A DNA stretch of 63,946 bases, the filler included, from Acetivibrio sp. (lineage in GTDB: Bacteria; Bacillota; Clostridia; Acetivibrionales; Acetivibrionaceae), in assembly GCF_035371925.1 (NCBI RefSeq). It is 4 parts of 4 records of this genome, joined end to end, with 100 filler letters (N's around TTAATTAATTAA, not from the genome) between each part and the next. Parts side by side here need not be neighbours in the genome. Positions count along the whole stretch, not along the records: positions 1 to 22,467 come from NZ_DAORXT010000046.1; 3 more parts are not named here. The stretch is one strand, 5' to 3'. This document shows, in pieces, positions 10,667 through 20,512 of this stretch (positions are counted from its first letter, which is position 1; each line of letters opens with the position of its first letter). The translations under genes were made by a program, and so were the position numbers. The notes under the pieces were generated by a model. The model was not told the origin of the DNA and made no database searches. It saw only the letters and a list, made by a program, of their open reading frames with translations.

Positions 10667-10912
10667 ATGGCAGTTAAAATAAGATTAAGAAGGATGGGAG
10701 CCAAAAAGAGTCCTTTTTATAGAGTTGTTGTTGCTGATTCAAGATATCCTCGCGATGGTAGGTTTATAGAAGAAATAGGAACTTACAATCCTCTTACAGA
10801 GCCAAGCGAGATTAAGATTGATACAGAAAAAGCTCAAAAATGGCTTAAAAACGGTGCACAGCCTACAGATACTGTAAAGGCTTTGTTAAAGAAAGCCGGA
10901 ATAATATCCTAA
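10667..10912 (+). CDS. rpsP: 30S ribosomal protein S16
   Basis: [26 protein letters not shown]. Confidence 0.99.
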   Translation: MAVKIRLRRMGAKKSPFYRVVVADSRYPRDGRFIEEIGTYNPLTEPSEIKIDTEKAQKWLKNGAQPTDTVKALLKKAGIIS

Positions 10913-10982
10913 TTACAAGAGCCAGTATACTTGGATTTAGGCAAATATCGACATTAAAGGTAGAATACGGGAGGTATTTATA

Positions 10983-11213
10983 ATGAAAGAACTTCTCGAG
11001 ACGATTGCCAAAGCATTGGTAGACTACCCTGAAGATGTTTATGTAAATGAAGTTGAAGGTGAAAAATCAGTTATCCTTGAATTAAAGGTATCAAAAGATG
11101 ATATGGGCAAGGTAATTGGTAAACAGGGAAGGATAGCAAAGGCAATCAGGACTGTTATGAAAGCAGCAGCAGTGAAGGAAAACAAGAGAGTATCTGTGGA
11201 AATACTACAATAA
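10983..11213 (+). CDS. khpA: KH-domain RNA-binding protein KhpA (YlqC)
   Basis: DMGKVIGKQGRIAKAIR; position between rpsP and rimM. Confidence 0.95.
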   Translation: MKELLETIAKALVDYPEDVYVNEVEGEKSVILELKVSKDDMGKVIGKQGRIAKAIRTVMKAAAVKENKRVSVEILQ

Positions 11214-11304
11214 AAAGGTGTGGGCAGGGGTCCGTCTCTTGTCCACATTTTTTGACTTATTACAAGAAAACTGACTAATAGATATAAATGGTGGTGTAAA
11301 GCTA

Positions 11305-11829
11305 GTGGTGCAATATTTGCAAATTGGGAAAATTGTAAATACACATGGTGTAAAGGGAGAGGTCCGGGCTATTCCGCTTACCGACAACCCCCTTAGGTTT
11401 AACAAGCTTAAGTGGGCCTATGTATCAAAGGAAATGTCCGATGAAATGCAAAAGTTTGATATTGTATCTGTAAAACACCACAAGAACTTCGTAATCATCA
11501 AGTTCAGTGGGATTGATGATATGAATGCTGCCGAAAAACTCAAGGAGCATTTTGTTATTATTGACAGAAAGGATGCTGTAAAGCTTCCTAAAGACACATT
11601 CTTTATTTGCGACCTCATTAATATGAATGTGTTTGACTTGGAGGGAAAGAAGCTGGGGGTACTTGTCAATGTACTTAGTACCGGAAGCAATGATGTGTAT
11701 GTGGTCAGGGATGAAAATAAAAAGGAAATTTTAATACCTGCCTTAAAGTCTGTGGTTAAAGAGGTTTGCTTAGAAGAGAGTAGAATGGTGGTAGATTTGC
11801 CTCAAGGATTGATTGATGATGAAGTTTGA
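11305..11829 (+). CDS. rimM: Ribosome maturation factor RimM
   Basis: GKIVNTHGVKGEV, TGSNDVYVV, LIPA PRC barrel. Confidence 0.97.
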   Translation: MVQYLQIGKIVNTHGVKGEVRAIPLTDNPLRFNKLKWAYVSKEMSDEMQKFDIVSVKHHKNFVIIKFSGIDDMNAAEKLKEHFVIIDRKDAVKLPKDTFFICDLINMNVFDLEGKKLGVLVNVLSTGSNDVYVVRDENKKEILIPALKSVVKEVCLEESRMVVDLPQGLIDDEV

Positions 11830-12559
11830 TGTATTGACGCTTTTTCCCGAAATCTTCGATGCCGTGCTTGGTGAGAGTATTATAGGCAGAGCCCGGAAAA
11901 ATAACATAATAGAAATCAACACTATAAATATTAGGGATTTTTCCTCAAACAAGCACAGGAAAGTGGATGACTATCCTTATGGTGGCGGTGGAGGTATGGT
12001 AATGATGGCTCAGCCGATTTATGACGCCTATCTTTCTGTAGTAGAAAAGCTTTCCTATAAGCCCAGGGTTATTTACCTCAGCCCCCAGGGCAGGGTGCTC
12101 AATCAGGAAGTAGTCAAGGAGCTTTCAAAGGAGCAGCATTTGATTTTGCTTTGCGGCCACTATGAGGGCATTGATGAGCGTATAATAGAAGAAATAGTGG
12201 ATGATGAAATTTCCATAGGAGATTATGTGCTGACGGGTGGGGAACTTCCGGCGATGGTACTTATAGATTCTGTCAGCAGGCTCATTCCGGGAGTTTTGTC
12301 AAATGAGGAATCCTACTCTCAAGAGTCCCATTATGAAGGTCTTTTGGAGTATCCTCAATACACAAGGCCTTATGAATTCTGTGAAAGAAAAGTTCCTGAC
12401 ATACTGATGTCAGGACATCATGAAAACATAAACCGTTGGAGAAGACAGCAGTCTTTAAAGAGAACCTATTTAAAACGGCCGGATCTTTTTCATAAGCTGA
12501 CCTTGGATGAGGCGGACAAGAAGCTTTTGGAAGAAGCGTTAAAAGAAACGGAAGAGTAA
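11813..12559 (+). CDS. trmD: tRNA (guanine37-N1)-methyltransferase (start could be 11816/11819)
   Basis: VDDYPYGGGGGM, CGHYEGIDER, SIGDYVLTGGE. Confidence 0.98.
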   Translation: MMMKFDVLTLFPEIFDAVLGESIIGRARKNNIIEINTINIRDFSSNKHRKVDDYPYGGGGGMVMMAQPIYDAYLSVVEKLSYKPRVIYLSPQGRVLNQEVVKELSKEQHLILLCGHYEGIDERIIEEIVDDEISIGDYVLTGGELPAMVLIDSVSRLIPGVLSNEESYSQESHYEGLLEYPQYTRPYEFCERKVPDILMSGHHENINRWRRQQSLKRTYLKRPDLFHKLTLDEADKKLLEEALKETEE

Positions 12560-12614
12560 ATGAAGAAACTAAATATTAAATTTTTATAAATGCAAATAAA
12601 ATGGCAAAAAAATA

Positions 12615-12643
12615 TTTACAATATATTCAGTCTATGATATAAT
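12615..12643 (+). promoter_or_regulatory. Sigma-A promoter for rplS
   Basis: TTTACA-17 bp-TATAAT with extended TG. Confidence 0.75.
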
Positions 12644-12651
12644 GTCATCCT

Positions 12652-12700
12652 GTGGAATACGGACGGTCCGCTGTTTTATACAAGAACGTCTGCGAGGGAG
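12652..12700 (+). ncRNA. Probable L19 leader (rplS 5' UTR element)
   Basis: GGTCCGCTG...AAGAACGTCTG between promoter and RBS, resembling the Firmicutes L19 leader; boundaries approximate. Confidence 0.55.
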
Positions 12701-12710
12701 GAGGATAGAA

Positions 12711-13055
12711 ATGGATATAATTAAAGCTATTGAACAAGAGCAGCTTAAGACTGATTTAACCAATTTTTCAATAGGTGACTATGTAAAAGTACATGTAAAG
12801 GTTAAAGAAGGTAACAGGGAAAGAATCCAGGTTTTTGAAGGTACTGTAATTGCTAAAAAAGGCTCCGGACTCAAAGAAACTTTCACTGTAAGAAGAATAT
12901 CTTATGGAGTTGGAGTTGAAAGGATTTTCCCTATTCACTCACCCAAAATTGACAAAGTTGAAATTGTCAGAAAAGGTAAAGTTAGAAGAGCAAAGCTTTA
13001 CTATCTGCGTGACAGAGTTGGTAAAGCAGCAAAAGTTAAAACAAAATTGGATTAA
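12711..13055 (+). CDS. rplS: 50S ribosomal protein L19
   Basis: [37 protein letters not shown] 12711 after GGAGG. Confidence 0.99.
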   Translation: MDIIKAIEQEQLKTDLTNFSIGDYVKVHVKVKEGNRERIQVFEGTVIAKKGSGLKETFTVRRISYGVGVERIFPIHSPKIDKVEIVRKGKVRRAKLYYLRDRVGKAAKVKTKLD

Positions 13056-13062
13056 GATATTT

Positions 13063-13098
13063 AAAATAAAGGGGACTTATAAGTCCTCTTTATTTTTT
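13063..13098 (+). terminator. Intrinsic terminator after rplS
   Basis: AAAATAAAGGGGACT / AGTCCTCTTTATTTT plus T tract. Confidence 0.8.
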
Positions 13099-13212
13099 AT
13101 AATTTGGAGTATTTGCTCAATTTGATATGTCCGTTCTTTGCTAAGTTGAAAAATAGTGATATAATAGAAACTGCATTGAATTTTTAATTATTATTTTTAA
13201 GGGTTGTATAAT

Positions 13213-13878
13213 ATGGTATATAGAAAGAAACCAGCCAGTGCCGATCAAAATCACGATGACGAACTGAAAGAAAAGTTTGGGACCAATTTTCAAGCGGAAA
13301 AGCCTAAGTATTTTAAAGAAATAGTAAAATGGATTTGCCTTATAATTGTAGCTTTATTGACTGCTCTTTTGCTTAGGGCCTATGTGTTTGAATGGGTGGT
13401 CGTCCAAGGCCAGTCCATGGAAGACACTCTTTACAACAATCAAGTTTTATTTGTAAGCAAGTTGAATTGTGATACTCCCAAAAGAGGAGATATTGTCATA
13501 ATTCAAATATATGAAGGAAATTGGGATTATCTGTCCTTTTTCAAAGACGTACCGCTTTTTAGGGCGCTTTTTCCCTGCCAGGACGAAGTAAACTATATTA
13601 AAAGGGTGATAGGGCTTCCGGGGGATGAGATTGATATTCGGGACGGATATTTATATATTAACGGTGAAAAGCAGGAAGAGCCGTATACAAAAGGATTAAC
13701 CTACGAGCAAAGCTTTGAGCTTCCTAGAATAGTGCCTGAGAATAAAGTATTTGTTATGGGTGATAATAGAGAATATAGCAAAGACAGCAGGCAGTTGGGC
13801 TTTATTGATTTTGAACGCATAAAAGGAAAGGCAGTTTTTAGAATAAAGCCCTTGAAGGATTTTGGAAATATCTATTGA
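13213..13878 (+). CDS. lepB: Signal peptidase I
   Basis: TM, GQSMEDTL (Ser), YIKRVIGLPGD (Lys), GDNREYSKDSR. Confidence 0.95.
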   Translation: MVYRKKPASADQNHDDELKEKFGTNFQAEKPKYFKEIVKWICLIIVALLTALLLRAYVFEWVVVQGQSMEDTLYNNQVLFVSKLNCDTPKRGDIVIIQIYEGNWDYLSFFKDVPLFRALFPCQDEVNYIKRVIGLPGDEIDIRDGYLYINGEKQEEPYTKGLTYEQSFELPRIVPENKVFVMGDNREYSKDSRQLGFIDFERIKGKAVFRIKPLKDFGNIY

Positions 13879-13901
13879 TTATATAAAATTGGGAGGAACA
13901 A

Positions 13902-14795
13902 ATGAATATTCAGTGGTTTCCGGGTCATATGGCCAAGACCAGAAGGATTCTTGCAGAAAATCTGAAAATGGTGGATGTGGTTGTGGAGCTTTTAGATGCA
14001 AGAATTCCGGCAAGCAGCAAAAATCCTGAGATAGACAGTATTGTGAAAAACAAACCTAAAATCGTGGTACTAAATAAAGCCGATTTGGCTGATGAGAAGA
14101 TTTCGAATGAGTGGAGCAAATGGTTCAATTCCCAGGGTTATGCCACTATTTTTATTGATTCCATAAAGGGTACGGGAATAAAGCAACTTAAGGACAAAAT
14201 GCGGGATGTAATGAAGGACAAGTTTGAAAGAGACCGCCAGAAAGGCCGGATTTTCAGGCCTGTACGAACCATGATTGTGGGCATACCCAATGTCGGGAAA
14301 TCTTCTCTTATAAACAAGATTGCGGGCAAAAAAAGTGCGGTAACCGGCGACAGGCCCGGTGTTACACGCAACAAACAGTGGATAAATGTCAATAGTGAGA
14401 TTCAGCTAATGGATACTCCGGGAATTCTCTGGCCCAAATTTGAAGATAAGACGGTGGGTATAAATCTTGCTGCTACCGGTGCAATAAAGGATGAAATAAT
14501 AGATACTGTGGAACTTGCATCGCTCTTAATTGAGCGCCTTTCCGAAACTTATCCGGAAAAAATAAAAGAAAGATATAAACTCGAATCGCTGCAGGACAAA
14601 AAAGGGTATGAGCTCTTGGAAGAAGCGGGAAAAAAGAGGGGCTGCATAATTTCTGGGGGACAAGTGGATCTTACGAGAATTTCTGCAATTGTACTCGATG
14701 AGTTTAGAGGCGGCAAAATCGGCAGAATAACCCTTGAAAGACCGGGAGATGCTGAAAGACAAAGAGATGCAGCAGAGTCATCAACGACAGATTAA
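13902..14795 (+). CDS. rbgA: Ribosome biogenesis GTPase RbgA (YlqF)
   Basis: IQWFPGHMAK, GIPNVGKSSLIN, DTPGILWP. Confidence 0.97.
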   Translation: MNIQWFPGHMAKTRRILAENLKMVDVVVELLDARIPASSKNPEIDSIVKNKPKIVVLNKADLADEKISNEWSKWFNSQGYATIFIDSIKGTGIKQLKDKMRDVMKDKFERDRQKGRIFRPVRTMIVGIPNVGKSSLINKIAGKKSAVTGDRPGVTRNKQWINVNSEIQLMDTPGILWPKFEDKTVGINLAATGAIKDEIIDTVELASLLIERLSETYPEKIKERYKLESLQDKKGYELLEEAGKKRGCIISGGQVDLTRISAIVLDEFRGGKIGRITLERPGDAERQRDAAESSTTD

Positions 14796-14835
14796 TGTGG
14801 CACAGTCATTAAAGACAGATTAACATGATATAGAG

Positions 14836-15498
14836 GTGGTTGGTATGGCAAGAAGTGAAGAAATCATTCGTGAAAGATACAAAGTGATGGCTCCAAGAAT
14901 AATAAAGGCCTTGAATCAGCGAAATTTTGAGGCTTATTTTTGTGAGACTTCCCAAGAAGCGGTTGAGTGTGCATTATCCCTAATTCCCGAAGGTGCATCT
15001 GTTTCATGGGGAGGTTCCATGACCCTTGATGAAATCGGAATTAAAGAACAGCTCAAAAAGGGAAACTATCAGCTGCTTGACAGAGATTTGGCAAAGTCTC
15101 AGGAAGAGCGTCAGGCTATAATGCGCCAAGTTTTTTCATGTGATGTATATTTGTCCAGCGTAAACGCAATGAGTGAAGATGGGGTAATGGTAAATATTGA
15201 TGGGATGGGAAACCGCATTTCAGCAATAGCGTTTGGCCCCAAAGCAGTAATACTTGTTGTAGGTATGAACAAAGTTTGCAGGGATTTGGAAAGTGCCAGA
15301 AAACGGGCCCATACATATGCAGCTCCGAACAACGCAATACGTTTGGGATTAGAGCTTCCTTGCACAAAAACGGGCTGCTGTTTTGATTGCAATAATAATA
15401 ATGCTCGAAGTATTTGTGCCCAGATTGTGGAAATGCACAGTAATATGATTCCGGGAAGGATCAAAGTAATCCTTGTTGGAGAGAATCTAGGGCTGTAA
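14836..15498 (+). CDS. LUD (lactate-utilisation C-like) domain protein
   Basis: WGGSMTL, YLSSVNA...G..VNIDG.GNR, VG.NK, PC.KTG.C.DC. Confidence 0.75.
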   Translation: MVGMARSEEIIRERYKVMAPRIIKALNQRNFEAYFCETSQEAVECALSLIPEGASVSWGGSMTLDEIGIKEQLKKGNYQLLDRDLAKSQEERQAIMRQVFSCDVYLSSVNAMSEDGVMVNIDGMGNRISAIAFGPKAVILVVGMNKVCRDLESARKRAHTYAAPNNAIRLGLELPCTKTGCCFDCNNNNARSICAQIVEMHSNMIPGRIKVILVGENLGL

Positions 15499-15559
15499 AG
15501 AGAAAATTGAATTAATATGTGGAAAATATGAATTGGTCTTGGCCGGGGGAGATGAAAAC

Positions 15560-16321
15560 ATGACTATTAAGCAAATTGAGCAGTCCATAGAAGGTTTGGA
15601 TTTGGACAAGGCTTTGGAAAAACTTTATTGTCTTAAAAATGAGTTGGGAGACAAGGTTGATAAAATCATAGAAAAGTATGAAAAGAAAAAAATTAGATAC
15701 GAAAAAGAGTTAAATAGATACTTGGGTATGTGTATATATGAAAAGGAAGCCTATAGGAGAGGCTTTAAAATAATTGCAGGAATTGATGAAGCGGGGCGCG
15801 GCCCTCTTGCCGGTCCGGTTGTAGCTGCTGCGGTTATTCTTCCCCAGGATGCTTTCATAGAAGGTCTCAATGATTCGAAAAAGCTTAGTGAAAATCAAAG
15901 GGAGAAGCTTTTTGACGTAATTAATGACAAGGCATTGGGAGTAGGCGTCGGAATTGTGGATGAAAAGATAATTGATGAAATAAATATTTTGAATGCAACA
16001 AAAGAAGCAATGAAAATGGCTGTTTCAAATCTAAAACTTGCTCCGGATATTCTTTTTATTGATTCTTTAAGACTTGACGATATAAATATTGTACAGAACC
16101 CAATAGTAAAAGGCGATGCCAAAAGCGTTTCAATTGCAGCGGCATCAATTATTGCGAAGGTAACAAGGGACCGTATATTAAAAGAAATGGATAAAAAATA
16201 TCCTATGTACGGATTTTCCAAGCACAAGGGTTACGGTACGGGCGAGCATATTGAAGCTATAAAGAAATACGGTATTTGTCCGATACATAGAGTAAGCTTT
16301 ACTAAGAATTTTGTAGTATAG
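15560..16321 (+). CDS. rnhB: Ribonuclease HII
   Basis: GIDEAGRGPLAGPV, LNDSKKL, KGDAKS.SIAAASIIAK, HKGYGT. Confidence 0.98.
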   Translation: MTIKQIEQSIEGLDLDKALEKLYCLKNELGDKVDKIIEKYEKKKIRYEKELNRYLGMCIYEKEAYRRGFKIIAGIDEAGRGPLAGPVVAAAVILPQDAFIEGLNDSKKLSENQREKLFDVINDKALGVGVGIVDEKIIDEINILNATKEAMKMAVSNLKLAPDILFIDSLRLDDINIVQNPIVKGDAKSVSIAAASIIAKVTRDRILKEMDKKYPMYGFSKHKGYGTGEHIEAIKKYGICPIHRVSFTKNFVV

Positions 16322-16357
16322 ACCTAACTTCCATCAAAAGCTTTAGGGGGAAGAAAA

Positions 16358-17995
16358 ATGAGAATAGAAGGCTTTGAAAATGTATTAATCAACCAGACCG
16401 GGTCTTTGGATATACTATCAAAGCTTGATACAGGTGATACCTTGAGGGCAAGGGTAGTTGACATTGCTGCAAATGAGCTACTCCTAAAGCTGGGTGACGG
16501 AACTTTGGTAAATGCCGGTTTAATGACTTCCGTGGATGCAAAGAGGGGAGACATTATTGATTTTATTGTAAAAAACAAAGTAAACAATCAGTTGATTTTG
16601 GAAATCCTCAAGGATAAAGGACAAAATGTTGGCGAGCCCAATGTTGAGGATGAGATAAAAAACAGTCTTATGCAGCTTGGCATAAAGCCTGATAAAAGAA
16701 ATATGGAGGCTGCGGCCGGAATCCGTGCCAATGGGGCTCAAATTAATGCGGAAACTATTGCCAAAGTAGTGGATGCGGCCGTCAGATTTAAGAACCTTAC
16801 CGTTGATAAGGCAGCTTATCTTGTTTCAAATAATATCACTCCCGAAGAAAAGAGTATAGCAAGTTTAAACAGGTTTGCCGAGGGCAGAATAAATTTAAGT
16901 GCTGAGCTTTTGGACTTAGCTTCAAGCCTTAGGCAGATAGAGGACAAGAATGTAGCTCTCACAATTTTAGAAAAGCTTAATTTCTTGGATTATGCTTCAC
17001 AAAAGAGAGAAGAAAACACTGATAATAACGCTTCCGGCATTGATTATGAAGACGGAAAAATTTATCCCGAGCAAAAGGATGGATATATTGAAGGGAACAT
17101 AGCTCAAAAAAGTGACAAAGACTATACGGGATTTAAGTCTAAATTGCCGGATAGTGATGATATTAGTACGGAAAATTTGGATAAAATAGTGAAAAATGTT
17201 GACATAGAGGAAGAAGAAATATTACAATTAAAGAAAAATACTGTTGATTCTATTAGCAATTACAGGGAAAATACTGATAAGGCTGAAAAAAAGCTTATAG
17301 AATTGCTTAGGGCCATTCAGGCGTCGGAAGACAACAGGGTGTCGGACCAAAGCCATTCTAAAGGCCGCGATGAGGTTGAAAGTATAAAAAAATCTTTTGA
17401 AAAAATGTTTGTAAAGGTTGATGAAGAAGCCAACGGCCGGGATATTAACGTAAGGGAATTTTATAAAGACATTTATAAAAAGCTTGAAATTGTAAGTAAA
17501 GTTTTAGAAGATTCTGATATTCCGGGAAAACAAGAGATTTTAAACAAGATTGACAACATTAAAAGTGATATTAATTTTTTGAACGAGCTAAACAGACATA
17601 GTGTGTATTTTCAGATACCCTTCAAAATATTTGACAAAAACACTACCGGGGAGCTTTATATATTAAAGAGAAATAACGGAAGAAAAAGAATTGATCCGCA
17701 AAACGCCACAGTGTTTTTGTCATTGAATACAGAAAATTTAGGACAAGTGGACTCTTTAATAAGCGTAAACAAAAAGAATGTCAGCATCAATTTAAGGCTT
17801 GAAAAAAGTGAAATCTATGACTTTATCAAAGAAAATTATATTGAGCTTTATGAAGGGTTGTTAAAAAAGGGCTACAAGCTGGTAAATATCAAATACAGGC
17901 TTATAGATGAAAAGGTGAATCTGTTAAATGTCCAGGAGGTTTTGGCAAAGGAAGTAGAGAGAACACGAAGTAAAGGTTTTGACTTCAGAATTTGA
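16358..17995 (+). CDS. YlqG-like protein with C-terminal FliK-like domain
   Basis: Position rnhB-X-FlhB-domain as in Bacillus; C-terminal L.LNTENLGQV pattern. Confidence 0.65.
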   Translation: MRIEGFENVLINQTGSLDILSKLDTGDTLRARVVDIAANELLLKLGDGTLVNAGLMTSVDAKRGDIIDFIVKNKVNNQLILEILKDKGQNVGEPNVEDEIKNSLMQLGIKPDKRNMEAAAGIRANGAQINAETIAKVVDAAVRFKNLTVDKAAYLVSNNITPEEKSIASLNRFAEGRINLSAELLDLASSLRQIEDKNVALTILEKLNFLDYASQKREENTDNNASGIDYEDGKIYPEQKDGYIEGNIAQKSDKDYTGFKSKLPDSDDISTENLDKIVKNVDIEEEEILQLKKNTVDSISNYRENTDKAEKKLIELLRAIQASEDNRVSDQSHSKGRDEVESIKKSFEKMFVKVDEEANGRDINVREFYKDIYKKLEIVSKVLEDSDIPGKQEILNKIDNIKSDINFLNELNRHSVYFQIPFKIFDKNTTGELYILKRNNGRKRIDPQNATVFLSLNTENLGQVDSLISVNKKNVSINLRLEKSEIYDFIKENYIELYEGLLKKGYKLVNIKYRLIDEKVNLLNVQEVLAKEVERTRSKGFDFRI

Positions 17996-18012
17996 TTTAC
18001 GGGGGAATTTAA

Positions 18013-18297
18013 ATGCCTGGCAAGAAAAAAATAAAACAGGTTGCTGCCTTAAAATATTCGCCGGACGAGGATAACGCCCCTCAGATTGTAGGATTGGGAA
18101 AAGGCGAGATTGCAGAGAAAATACTTGAAAAGGCAAAGGAAAACAACATCCCCATATATGAAAATGAGGAGCTTGCGTCCGCATTAAATGCCATGAACAT
18201 TGGAGATGAAATACCTCCTGAGCTTTATGACATTGTGGCGCAAATACTTGTGTTTATCGGAAGCGTTGATAAAAGATACGGTCAAAAGAAGAGATAA
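18013..18297 (+). CDS. Stand-alone FlhB C-terminal (EscU/YscU/HrcU) domain protein, YlqH-like
   Basis: AALKY...APQIVGLG.GEIAEKI..AKE..IP, IPPELY.IVAQIL. Confidence 0.9.
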   Translation: MPGKKKIKQVAALKYSPDEDNAPQIVGLGKGEIAEKILEKAKENNIPIYENEELASALNAMNIGDEIPPELYDIVAQILVFIGSVDKRYGQKKR

Positions 18298-18299
18298 AA

Positions 18300-18695
18300 A
18301 TGGAGAAAAAGATGAATGGCAAAGTAAATAACAAAAAAGCTGCAGGGACAATTGGGGAGGATGCGGCTGTAGAATATCTTAAAGAGAATAATTTCGAGAT
18401 TTTAGAAAGAAACTTTCGATTTAAAAGACTGGGCGAAATAGACATAATTTCCCGGGAAAAGGATTATATTTGCTTCGTTGAAGTCAAGTCAAGAAGCACT
18501 TTTCAGTACGGCTATCCGAGGGAGGCCGTAAATTTGCGCAAGCAGGAAAATATAAGAAGGCTTGCCCAGATATATCTTTGCAAAAACGGTTTAAATGATT
18601 TAAAAGTGAGATTTGATGTGATAGAGGTTTATATGGAGAAAAAAGGCGATGACATTGAAGTAAAAGAGATTTCTTTGCTTAAGAATGCCTTTTAG
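18300..18695 (+). CDS. yraN: YraN family (UPF0102) nuclease-like protein
   Basis: GEDAAVEYL, GEIDII, FVEVKSR, RFDVI. Confidence 0.9.
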   Translation: MEKKMNGKVNNKKAAGTIGEDAAVEYLKENNFEILERNFRFKRLGEIDIISREKDYICFVEVKSRSTFQYGYPREAVNLRKQENIRRLAQIYLCKNGLNDLKVRFDVIEVYMEKKGDDIEVKEISLLKNAF

Positions 18696-18753
18696 AGTCC
18701 TTTTTAGAATATTAGATGATTATAAGGTTTATTTTCTATTAGGGGGAATATTG

Positions 18754-19425
18754 GTGCACGAAGGTCACAGAAAGAGACTTAAGGAAAGATTTCTAAAAGA
18801 AGGGCTTGACAGTTTTGAACAGCATCAGGTGCTGGAACTTCTTTTGTTTTTTTCAATTCCGAGAAGAGATACCAACGAATTGGCTCATACACTTCTGAAT
18901 AGATACGGCTCCTTATCCGGTGTATTTGAAGCAGACCCGAAGGACTTGGCTACTACGCCGGGAATCGGGGAGAACTCTGCAATATTGCTGTCGCTTATAC
19001 CCCATCTTTCAAGGCGGTATTTTAATGATAAATGGCGGGACAAGCCTGAGCTTAACAGCTCGACAAAGGCCGGTCAATATGCCGTTTCACTTTTTGCCGG
19101 AAGGAATTATGAAGTTTTTTATGTTATTTGTCTTGATGCGCAAAACAGGGTAAACTATGCCCAATTGGTTCACGAAGGAACGATAAACGAGGCTCAGGTA
19201 TATCCCAGAATAATTGTTGAAACTGCGCTTCGGCACAAGGCCAGCAGTGTAATTTTGGCGCACAATCATCCCGGCGGAACATTAAATCCGTCAAAAGCGG
19301 ATATTGAAGCCACCAATAGAATAAGAACAGCTCTTGAATCCATTTCTATAAAAGTGCTTGACCACATAATTGTCTGTGGCGGGCAATATGTGAGTTTTGC
19401 CGAAAGAGGGCTGCTTTCCGGTTGA
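18754..19425 (+). CDS. radC: RadC family JAB-domain protein
   Basis: HEGHRKRL start, VYPRII, HNHPGG...PS.AD, LDHIIV. Confidence 0.93.
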   Translation: MHEGHRKRLKERFLKEGLDSFEQHQVLELLLFFSIPRRDTNELAHTLLNRYGSLSGVFEADPKDLATTPGIGENSAILLSLIPHLSRRYFNDKWRDKPELNSSTKAGQYAVSLFAGRNYEVFYVICLDAQNRVNYAQLVHEGTINEAQVYPRIIVETALRHKASSVILAHNHPGGTLNPSKADIEATNRIRTALESISIKVLDHIIVCGGQYVSFAERGLLSG

Positions 19426-19567
19426 CGGGTAAGGTGTTTTGACATAATTGCTTGTTGATGCGCATACATTATAAATAAAATAATAAAAATTTATGCTTGT
19501 AAGTAAAATAAGTACCAAGGCTTTTTAAAATACGGGTCTTATATAAATGTTTTGGGGAGTGAAATTT

Positions 19568-20503
19568 ATGATTACTGTTGATGCACATTGCGACACTATA
19601 ACAAAAATAATGGAGAAAGGCGCGGAACTTCGGAAGAACAGCTGCCATATCGACATAGAAAGACTTAAAGCAAGGGGAAGCTATGTTCAGTTTTTTGCAG
19701 CGTTTATAGACCCGGCATACTGCCAAGCATACGCATTAAAAAGAGCCTTGCAGATAATAGATGAGTTTTACAGGCAGACGGAAGTAAATAAAGATGACAT
19801 CATGTTATGTTGTAATTACAATGATATTGATAAGGCTGTAAAAGCAAATAAAATTGCTGCAGTGCTTTCAATAGAAGGCGGTGAAGCTCTGCAGGGGGAT
19901 TTGGGAGTTTTGAGGATGCTTTACAAGCTTGGAGTAAGAAGCATCTGCCTTACATGGAACTTTCGCAATGAAATAGCCGACGGTGTCAAGGATGAAGTTT
20001 CGGGTGGAGGACTTACTCCTTTTGGAAGAGAAGTAATTAAAGAAATGAACAGGCTGGGAATGTTAATTGACCTTTCCCATATATCAAAAACCGGCTTTTG
20101 GGATGTTTTAGAGTGTACTACCTCTCCGGTTATTGTGTCCCACTCAAATGCGCAAAGGCTTTGCGCTCACAAGCGAAATCTTACGGACAAACAGATAATG
20201 GCGATAAAAGATAACGGAGGAGTAATAGGAATTAACCTGTATCCGGAATTTTTGAACAATTCAAAAACGGCATCTATAAAGGATATTATTAATCATATTG
20301 AGTACATATCAAGCCTTGCAGGACCTGACCATATCGGACTTGGAGCCGATTTTGACGGTATTGAGAGTTTGCCGGCAGGAATAAACGGAGTACAGGATAT
20401 TGAAAAGATATTTAATGAGCTGGCAAAACTAAATTATTCAAGCGAAAATATTGAAAAATTTGCAGGCAAGAATTTTCTTAGAGTTATTCAGAATGTTTTA
20501 TAA
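19568..20503 (+). CDS. Membrane dipeptidase (peptidase M19)
   Basis: DAHCD, IEGGE, IDLSH, SHSN, GLGADFDG. Confidence 0.93.
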   Translation: MITVDAHCDTITKIMEKGAELRKNSCHIDIERLKARGSYVQFFAAFIDPAYCQAYALKRALQIIDEFYRQTEVNKDDIMLCCNYNDIDKAVKANKIAAVLSIEGGEALQGDLGVLRMLYKLGVRSICLTWNFRNEIADGVKDEVSGGGLTPFGREVIKEMNRLGMLIDLSHISKTGFWDVLECTTSPVIVSHSNAQRLCAHKRNLTDKQIMAIKDNGGVIGINLYPEFLNNSKTASIKDIINHIEYISSLAGPDHIGLGADFDGIESLPAGINGVQDIEKIFNELAKLNYSSENIEKFAGKNFLRVIQNVL

Positions 20504-20512
20504 TATGTAATA

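Noticed and set aside
16358..18297. FliK-like and FlhB-like genes as an orphan type III export system
   Set aside because: Matches the widespread ylqG-ylqH pair downstream of rnhB in Firmicutes; not unusual.
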